Source of the DNA: Pirellulales bacterium | Lineage (GTDB): Bacteria; Planctomycetota; Planctomycetia; Pirellulales; PALSA-1355 | Length of the DNA stretch: 64,000 nucleotides | Direction: 5' to 3' | Assembly: GCA_035496575.1 (NCBI GenBank) | Contig: DATJEN010000143.1 | Span: 19,120 to 83,119 of the forward strand | In this document: positions 58,291 through 64,000 of the stretch, one piece after another | Position numbering within the stretch: position 1 is the first letter of the stretch | Layout of the letters: every line of letters begins with the position of its first letter | Made by a program: the position numbers and the translations under genes | Notes under the pieces: model-generated | Databases searched by the model: none | What the model was told of the DNA's origin: nothing | What the model saw: only the letters and a program-made list of their open reading frames with translations

Positions 58291-58965
58291 TTAGAGCCTC
58301 GATGCGAGCCAACCGGGTAAGTGTTGCGGACGTTTGTTGAGGATGGCTCCCAGAACATTCGCTTGCGCATGAACCAAGTGCTCTCGTGCCTGGGCTGCCG
58401 CCTGCGCGTGTGTCCGCTCTGCTTCCATGACGAGCACAACTCCGTGGAGCAGGCCCGCCGTGGCGATGCAGAACTCGGAGTTCGCGGTCGGCAGGTCGAC
58501 CACGATGAAGCTGAAGTCGGATTCCAACGTACTTAGAAGATCACGCAGATCGTCGCGATTGAGCTGGCCGATCGCATCGTTGCGCCGGCTGTCGACCACC
58601 AGCCGCGACAGGTTGCCAATCGACGTGAGCTCAACCTGTTCCGCTAAGGGCAACAAGCCGTCCGGCGATTGCGACAAGCGACCCGCGACCGACCAAGACC
58701 ATCCGACCGCCGCCCGACTCAAGTCGAAAAGCAACACCGGTTGGTCGCCGGCCTGCGCTGCCGCAGTCGCCAGCTGCTGGGCCACCGTACTTACGCCGGC
58801 GCCCGGGCTGCAGCTTGTAATCCCCACGATCCGCGCGCCCTCGGGCGCCGCGCCGGCCGGGCTGCGCAGCCAATGGGCCATGGCGTAGTACTGTGCGGCG
58901 ACGGGAACGATACGGCCGGCGCGCGCCGCCGAGGTACGGATTTGTTCTTCAGTTAACGTAATCAT
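58291..58965 (-). CDS. CpsD/CapB-type (BY-kinase-like) P-loop ATPase domain protein, degenerate Walker A
   Basis: …ARIVGITSCSPGAGVSTVAQQLATAAAQAGDQPVLLFDLS…FSFIVVDLP…VVLVMEAERT… The fold pattern matches MinD/BY-kinase, but the Walker-A Lys is Val and there is no C-terminal Tyr cluster. Confidence 0.75.
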   Translation of the reverse strand: MITLTEEQIRTSAARAGRIVPVAAQYYAMAHWLRSPAGAAPEGARIVGITSCSPGAGVSTVAQQLATAAAQAGDQPVLLFDLSRAAVGWSWSVAGRLSQSPDGLLPLAEQVELTSIGNLSRLVVDSRRNDAIGQLNRDDLRDLLSTLESDFSFIVVDLPTANSEFCIATAGLLHGVVLVMEAERTHAQAAAQAREHLVHAQANVLGAILNKRPQHLPGWLASRL

Positions 58966-58976
58966 CCCGATGGCCC

Positions 58977-60536
58977 TTAGTTGTGCAGTAATTCCTGACG
59001 AGCCCCGCGCGGAACGGAAAACAACACGGGAACACCCAGCTCGTGCTCAACCTGCTCGGGCGTCTTCAATGATGGATCAAAGAATTCGGCCAAGAACGCC
59101 ACGCAAACGGCACCAAGTAATGCGAACAGCACGCCACCGGCCAACACGATGCGCGTCATCGGGCTGGCAGGCTGGCCTACCAGCGAAGCCGGCTGCACCA
59201 CGTTCACGTTCGAAATGCGGCCCACTTCCAGAGCCTGGTCGATGCGAGCTTGCTCGCGGTTGTTCGCATAGTCGCGATAGTTGGCCTCGAGCAGCTCCAC
59301 CTTGCGGTTGAGTTGCGCAATGTGATATTCGTTGTCGTTCATGCCGCGAATGCGATGCTCGATCGCCGCGCGTTGAGCCTGCAACGACTTGGCCTCGGCC
59401 CGATAAGCGGCTGCCTCGGCCTTGGCGCTCAGCAAGTCGTTGTGAACGCCCTGGTGGACGGGGCTCAGCCTTCGTGTCTGTTGATTGTGGCGCGGCTCTT
59501 GCCCCGCGAGGATCTTTTCCATTTCAGCCACTTGCCGCCTCAAGACGATCACGTGAGGATGCTCGGCAGTGCCCCGCGAGCTGGCTTCTTTCTCCTGGAT
59601 TTGCAGCTTGTACAGCTCGTTCCGCATGGCATCCGCCGCGGCGCTCGGCACGTCCGTGTCCTCGGCGACCAACTGGGGAGGCAGCTCCTTAAGCGCGTCG
59701 CTCAAAGCCGCGATCTTCGCTTCCGAAGACGCCAAAGCTCGTTCGTTCGCCAGTACCGCAAGCTCAAGCGCATTGGCCTGGGATTGCACGTTTTCCTGCT
59801 GGCCGTTGATCGAAACCAACATCGTCTTGTTCTTCGCGTCGCGGAGTTCCTGGGTTGCCGTTTCCAGCTGCTGGCGAAGCAAATTCGACTGTTCCACGAA
59901 AAAGTCAAACGATCCCGACGTACGGTTGGCCTTCGCATGTCGCACCATGTACGCATCGAGGTAAGCCTGCAGCAGTTGCTGGGCTTTCTCGGGCCGCTTG
60001 GCGGTGCATTTGATGAAGATCACGTTCGACTTACGCGGCGATGTAACCGTCAACGACTTCTCAAACTTGTTGACAGCCCGCTCTCGATCGGTGATCCCGC
60101 CATTAAGCCACGTGCGTGCGATCGCCAACGGCGCCGTCACGGTGTCGAACCAGGTGGGCTCCTGGCCGGCGTTATTGTTGAGCACCAGATCGGCGCCCAG
60201 ACGATCGACTACGTCTTCATACAGCGCGCGGCTACGCAGAATCTCCAGCTCGGAATTAATTTCGTGCTCGCGCGAACCCTCGATGTCGACGTTCTGGCTC
60301 AAGTTGGCGGTCGGATCGAGCGAAACGCTTTCTTTTCCCATGCGGACAAACAAGCGCGCGTCGGAGATGTAAGTGCGCGGCCACGCGATCAGGCCCACGA
60401 CCACCAGCGCACAAGTGCCGAGGAAGAATGCGGCCATCTTGCCCTTATGCCGGAACAGCACGCGACAGATGTCGCGAACGCTTGAATTCGGTCGATGGGG
60501 GGGCTGATTTCCGTTGGAAGGGGTGCGTGTGACCAT
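58977..60536 (-). CDS. Polysaccharide chain-length determinant / co-polymerase (GumC/Wzz, PCP family)
   Basis: An N-terminal TM segment (MAAFFLGTCALVVVGLIAW), a long coiled-coil periplasmic region, and a C-terminal TM segment (IVLAGGVLFALLGAVCVAFLAEF). Confidence 0.85.
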   Translation of the reverse strand: MVTRTPSNGNQPPHRPNSSVRDICRVLFRHKGKMAAFFLGTCALVVVGLIAWPRTYISDARLFVRMGKESVSLDPTANLSQNVDIEGSREHEINSELEILRSRALYEDVVDRLGADLVLNNNAGQEPTWFDTVTAPLAIARTWLNGGITDRERAVNKFEKSLTVTSPRKSNVIFIKCTAKRPEKAQQLLQAYLDAYMVRHAKANRTSGSFDFFVEQSNLLRQQLETATQELRDAKNKTMLVSINGQQENVQSQANALELAVLANERALASSEAKIAALSDALKELPPQLVAEDTDVPSAAADAMRNELYKLQIQEKEASSRGTAEHPHVIVLRRQVAEMEKILAGQEPRHNQQTRRLSPVHQGVHNDLLSAKAEAAAYRAEAKSLQAQRAAIEHRIRGMNDNEYHIAQLNRKVELLEANYRDYANNREQARIDQALEVGRISNVNVVQPASLVGQPASPMTRIVLAGGVLFALLGAVCVAFLAEFFDPSLKTPEQVEHELGVPVLFSVPRGARQELLHN

Positions 60537-60676
60537 GCTTCACCTCGTTGGTTGCAGGCGCGCCAAAGCTGAGTTCAGCCCATTCTAGTCGGCCTATTAA
60601 TCCCACTACGGACTGTATGTGGGAGCTGTAGGGAGGCTCAGGTGAAGAGCGTCGCTCGCACAATCCGCAAGCGCGC

Positions 60677-61546
60677 TCAACTTGGCAACTGCGGCAGATC
60701 GAACTCGCCGGAGTCCATCCAACTCGGATGCAGCACGGTCCAGAAATCGGTCGCCAAATGCTCCTCAACAAAGGCATAGGGCAGCCATCCGTAGCCGGCT
60801 TGCCCCCATTGCGCGCCCCACGAGCTGCGCACTAAAAGCGCGCCGCGCGAACCGCGCAGCCAGCGGTCGTCATATCCGGCGGCGATCACGGCTTGCCCGC
60901 CGAGGACCGAATCAAAGGTCGGCCGATAAGGAATGTCGCCGTCGAGCGTGAGCGAGCTGGGCACCGAAAATCCGAATACGGTTGGAAAACCCGCCGCCAA
61001 AAACGCGCGCACCGTTTGTAGCGTCACGTCCGGCGAAGTCCCCCGCGCGTCCAGCCGCACATAGATGAGTGAGCGGTATGGTTCCGTAAACGAGTATAAG
61101 AAAGGGTCGGTCGCCGCCTCCGCTCGCTGCTCGTCGTAAGGCCACAGCCGTTCTGGCGGCGCGCCGAACCGCACAAGTGTCTTTAATCCCGTGCGCAGAT
61201 CGACGCCGGCTTGCCCGCTCGCGCCCGAGAATCGCAGCGCATTTTGGTGCAAAAAGAGGCGGGACGGCCGCAGCAGGCGGCCATGGGCGCGGCGTTCGAA
61301 GTATTCGACCAGCCCGGCGCACGCGTGGGCAACCGAGCTATTCAGGTCGTGCTGGTCCGGAACATCGACGAAGTATTCGCGCAGGTCCGCGCTCGAGGTT
61401 GCTTGCGCGGTATTCGCGCCCACCGACCGCAGCCGCTCCAACAATTGCTGGACTTCGGGCTCGCTCGGCAGATAGTCGCGAAAATCGGGCAAGCTGGGCA
61501 GCCAACCGAATCCGCGAGGCTCAAAAAGTGCCATGCTGCGACTCAC
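60677..61546 (-). CDS. Papain-like (C1 family) fold protein lacking the catalytic triad (pseudo-peptidase)
   Basis: LPSLPDFRDYLP…DLREYF…VPDQHDLNSSVAHACAGLVEYF…GGQAVIAAGYDD…LLVRSSWGAQWGQAGYGWLPYAF is colinear with bacterial C1 peptidases. Cys, His and Asn are replaced by Ser, Gln and Ser. Confidence 0.7.
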   Translation of the reverse strand: MSRSMALFEPRGFGWLPSLPDFRDYLPSEPEVQQLLERLRSVGANTAQATSSADLREYFVDVPDQHDLNSSVAHACAGLVEYFERRAHGRLLRPSRLFLHQNALRFSGASGQAGVDLRTGLKTLVRFGAPPERLWPYDEQRAEAATDPFLYSFTEPYRSLIYVRLDARGTSPDVTLQTVRAFLAAGFPTVFGFSVPSSLTLDGDIPYRPTFDSVLGGQAVIAAGYDDRWLRGSRGALLVRSSWGAQWGQAGYGWLPYAFVEEHLATDFWTVLHPSWMDSGEFDLPQLPS

Positions 61547-61721
61547 GAGGGACCCTGACGAGCGTGGACCCTGTGAATGCCCCTACCGCACTCTGGGCAT
61601 GGAGCACGGTTCCCCCCCACCACGCGCGAAATCTGCACCGCCTCGCCCAGCATAGCGCGACTTTGACGGTACAAACAAGGTGAGCAAAGGGGGAATACTG
61701 GGGACTAGCGGACCAGGACAC

Positions 61722-62477
61722 CTAGGTGCGAACCGCTCCATCGGTCGTCGCGGCGGTTGAATCGCTGCGCAATTCCCAGCGAATTCCTTCCCCGGTCCCG
61801 TCGCCCATGAATCGCACGAGCATGCGCTTCTGTTTGCGATTGAGCGCTTTGATCGTATCGTGCAATCGCCTGCGGGAGTCGATCTCCGGAACCGGTGGAA
61901 GCGGATCGTCGATGCGGGGCGGCCAGCTCTCTTCCTCGAACGCCATCAGCACGGTTTCTTGATTCGGCGACGGCAGCTTGAATTCCTTGACGACTTCGTT
62001 CCCGACGCGAAGTTGTCGGCGCTGTTGGTCCCACTTCAACCCAGGCCCGTCAATCGATCCACGCGCATTAGAAGCTTGAGCGGAAGTCGATTGTGCCGCT
62101 GGGGCGAGCGTGGCTTCGCGCGCCAGGGCAACCCCAGTTTCGGTCAAAATGAAACACAAATCGCGCTCGGGTCGCAGGAGCGCTGTGTGTCGAAAGCGCC
62201 GCGCGGAGTCGTGCGACGTGCTGATCTCGATGGCGTGCGCGACGTAGCCCTTGGCCGCTAACCACCGCAGGTCGCTATGCGTCAACCTGGCATCACGCAG
62301 CACCTCGATCTCAACCGCCATATCCCACGCAGATTGGCCGAGCTCCGATGCGTATTCAAACGCCTGCAGTAAAAGCCCAAGCGCTTCGCGCAAGTGAGCC
62401 TTGACATCTGGAGCGGCAGGTGGCCCGGCGCTGGCGGGCGGTGGCTCAAGGGCGGCGATTAGCTCGCTGGTCTGCAT
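61722..62477 (-). CDS. Uncharacterised protein, paralogue A of a divergent pair
   Basis: 251 aa. It shares colinear motifs with 62826..63566: …SDLRWLA…, …LCFIL…, …WD..R..LR.GN.V.K.F..P..N/D.ET.L.AFEE..WP…, …LNR…. Confidence 0.7.
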   Translation of the reverse strand: MQTSELIAALEPPPASAGPPAAPDVKAHLREALGLLLQAFEYASELGQSAWDMAVEIEVLRDARLTHSDLRWLAAKGYVAHAIEISTSHDSARRFRHTALLRPERDLCFILTETGVALAREATLAPAAQSTSAQASNARGSIDGPGLKWDQQRRQLRVGNEVVKEFKLPSPNQETVLMAFEEESWPPRIDDPLPPVPEIDSRRRLHDTIKALNRKQKRMLVRFMGDGTGEGIRWELRSDSTAATTDGAVRT

Positions 62478-62647
62478 GTGGTCGGAGGCGGGAGTGCTCG
62501 TGCAGCTGTGGGGAATGATTGCGGCCGGCCGGGTGCCGGCAAGGGGGTTGGCTGCCTAGAAAAGATAGACCAAATAGTCTATTTATTCCAACCAGATTGC
62601 CAAAAACACGCAATTTTCTACTTAAATTGGGGGATTATTAAGTTGTT

Positions 62648-62757
62648 TGACATCCCTGAAAGCGGCGGTATCATATGTATCGCTTAGGACAAGCTATAGA
62701 AGGGGTAGTAGGCCCAGCAAAGCCGCTTTTTGGGCGGTGCGCGTGGGCTTTTTTTGT
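62648..62757 (+). ncRNA. Candidate small transcript or 5' leader (promoter plus intrinsic terminator) in the paralogue spacer
   Basis: TTGACA-16 nt-TATCAT lies at ~62648-62675. About 40 nt later comes the interrupted stem GCCCAGC…CCGC-tttttgg-GCGG…GCGTGGGC (~62713-62749), followed by TTTTTTT at 62750-62756. No ORF is evident. Confidence 0.35.
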
Positions 62758-62825
62758 TGGGAACAGCGGCTAGCCCAGGCAGCTCCACATGATGTTCAAC
62801 CGAGGATGGTTCTGGAGATGCACTG

Positions 62826-63566
62826 ATGGAAGCGATGGAAGTCGTCACAGCACTGGGTGTGGCACCCCCCGATGCTGTCATTCCCGCTGAACGGCTGCCA
62901 TCTGAAGTTCCGCCTTCGATCGCACCGGGTCTTCATGCGCTGGTTGAGGCGAACCGATACGCCCGTGAGCTCGGCCTAAACGCCTGGAATTTCGCCGTCG
63001 AGGTTAGCTACCTGCGGCACCTGGGACTATCGAACAGCGATCTTCGCTGGCTGGCGTCGGTTCACGCTGTCGAGTATGCCGTCGAGACCACGAAGTCCGA
63101 TTCGTTCGAACGCGCGTTTCGCCGCATGGGGCGACTGACCATCTCGCGGCGGCTGTGCTTCATCTTGTCCCCGCCCGGCGCACTATGGGGCGAGCATCTG
63201 GTGAAGATCGCCGAAAAGCGCGTAGCGCGCAAAGCGCGGAAGGCCGTCGCGCAGGCGCGGCCCGCCGCACAACCGCAGCCCGCTCAAATTCTTCCGCCAG
63301 TTTGGGATCGTAACCGGTTGGAACTCCGCCTTGGTAACAACGTTCTGAAGCGATTCACTGTTCCATCGTGCGATGCGGAAACAATTCTGACTGCCTTCGA
63401 AGAGAGCGGCTGGCCGAAGCAGCTACAGAATCCGCTTGATGATTCGATGTCTTGTGCGGTCGAGCGATTGCTATCGGCGGTCGAAATCCTGAATCGGCAG
63501 CGCCTTCGGCTAGTCCACTTCGAGCTGCAGCCGGACGAGTTAAAAATCGCTTGGAAGTGCGAGTAA
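62826..63566 (+). CDS. Uncharacterised protein, paralogue B of a divergent pair
   Basis: 246 aa, colinear with 61722..62477 (see that entry). Confidence 0.7.
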   Translation: MEAMEVVTALGVAPPDAVIPAERLPSEVPPSIAPGLHALVEANRYARELGLNAWNFAVEVSYLRHLGLSNSDLRWLASVHAVEYAVETTKSDSFERAFRRMGRLTISRRLCFILSPPGALWGEHLVKIAEKRVARKARKAVAQARPAAQPQPAQILPPVWDRNRLELRLGNNVLKRFTVPSCDAETILTAFEESGWPKQLQNPLDDSMSCAVERLLSAVEILNRQRLRLVHFELQPDELKIAWKCE

Positions 63567-63579
63567 CAGCCTTACTCGC
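63559..63579. terminator. 8-bp perfect hairpin overlapping the stop of paralogue B, between convergent genes
   Basis: GCGAGTAA-cagcc-TTACTCGC followed by TTGCC. The U-tract is weak. Confidence 0.4.
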
Positions 63580-63601
63580 TTGCCAGTTCAAGCTTCGCTC
63601 A

Positions 63602-64000
63602 TCACGGAATAAGCGTCGACATGCCGGCGCCAAGCTGGTAGAAGCCGTTGATCGGCGCAACGCCGTAGATGCCTCGAGTGAAGACCAGGTCGATGAAGTT
63701 GTCGGCCCGCAGAATCTTCGACTTGGGCACGATGATCAGATCCGCATCGCTGACCCAGATCTCGCTCGCCGGGCATGGGCGCTTACCCAACAAGGCGGGC
63801 CGCAAGTCGAGCACGGTGGCAATCAACCGCCAGTCGTCAGCCCGGCGGAATACGACCACATGCGTGATTTGCCCGCCCACAGTCCAGCTTCCCGCCATGC
63901 TGATCGCCTGCATCACCGTCGTGGGCGCTTCCAAGGTATAGCGCCCGGGAGCCTTCACTTCACCCAACACGTAGACATATCGCGGAGCCCGCTGCTTGAG
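63602..64000 (-). CDS. Polysaccharide export protein (Wza/SLBB family), C-terminal part; gene continues beyond the right edge
   Basis: The frame is open to position 64000 (…LKQRAPRYVYVLGEVKAPGRYTLEAPTTVMQAISMAGSWT…VVVFRR…IIVPKS…). V.V.GEV..PG.Y plus a soluble-ligand-binding beta-grasp pattern. Confidence 0.8.
   Translation of the reverse strand, partial: LKQRAPRYVYVLGEVKAPGRYTLEAPTTVMQAISMAGSWTVGGQITHVVVFRRADDWRLIATVLDLRPALLGKRPCPASEIWVSDADLIIVPKSKILRADNFIDLVFTRGIYGVAPINGFYQLGAGMSTLIP

Noticed and set aside
56868-60485. Long plus-strand ORFs (56868-58340, 57067-58212, 59250-60485) across the EPS operon.
   Set aside because: They are antisense to the sugar transferase, the deacetylase and GumC, all of which have clear motifs. 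Their composition is the off-frame type.
62664-62671. GGCGGTAT, which resembles the ops/JUMPstart element (GGCGGTAG) of RfaH-controlled polysaccharide operons.
   Set aside because: The match is 7 of 8. It overlaps the predicted -10 box rather than a transcribed leader. RfaH/ops is an enterobacterial system, so this is probably coincidental.
62826-63566. An apparent 1-nt inconsistency between my hand-indexed reading of the sequence lines and the ORF-track coordinates and frame for this gene. My count places the ATG at 62827, and there appears to be a missing T near 63540.
   Set aside because: This is most likely my own reading or counting error rather than a real frameshift, because the track protein is continuous and paralogue-like to its end. 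I kept the track coordinates. As a consequence, hand-counted motif coordinates should be treated as accurate to within 1-2 nt.

Overview
GC-rich bacterial chromosomal segment. The gene content looks Planctomycetota-like: multiple groEL copies, a PEP-CTERM protein, ThuA-like, DUF1571-like and TPR/SPINDLY-type proteins, and many signal-peptide hypotheticals. This taxonomic call is inference only. I support about 54 protein-coding genes. I found no rRNA, tRNA, CRISPR array or recognisable IS/transposase/integrase. Many long ORFs in the track are alternative-frame or antisense artefacts of the high GC content.

Layout:
- 1-5.9 kb: transporters. These include an MMPL/RND gene running off the left edge that the ORF track misses, an MFS transporter, and a PanF-like Na+/solute symporter with a YhdT-like small subunit.
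- 6.0-12.3 kb: one co-directional chaperone block, groEL-groES-groEL-dnaJ-grpE plus two zinc-ribbon proteins. A textbook sigma-54 -24/-12 motif lies upstream of it.
- 12.6-15.2 kb: GNAT acetyltransferase, M42 peptidase and a PEP-CTERM protein.
- 15.4-28 kb: aspartate-family and Ile biosynthesis genes (hom, a phosphoglycerate-mutase-like putative homoserine kinase, a 4-ACT aspartokinase, cimA) and valS. A candidate Ile/Val leader-peptide attenuator precedes cimA.
- 28-47.6 kb: mixed housekeeping and accessory genes. These include ThuA-like, ALDH, PadR plus a membrane partner, a GGDEF cyclase, a TPR-OGT, a 1074-aa secreted protein, topoisomerase IB, DUF892, a Gly/Cys-rich secreted protein, and DUF2892-SRPBCC.
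- 47.7-64 kb: a Wzx/Wzy-type exopolysaccharide locus.

The EPS locus is the most unusual part. It combines a GDP-mannose-3,5-epimerase-like gene with three apparently catalytically dead modules: a degenerate GGDEF domain fused to the priming sugar transferase, a BY-kinase ATPase lacking the Walker-A lysine, and a papain-like protein lacking its catalytic triad. It also holds a divergent pair of uncharacterised paralogues whose AT-rich spacer carries a promoter-plus-terminator mini-transcript.

Coordinates of short motifs were counted by hand and may be off by 1-2 nt.
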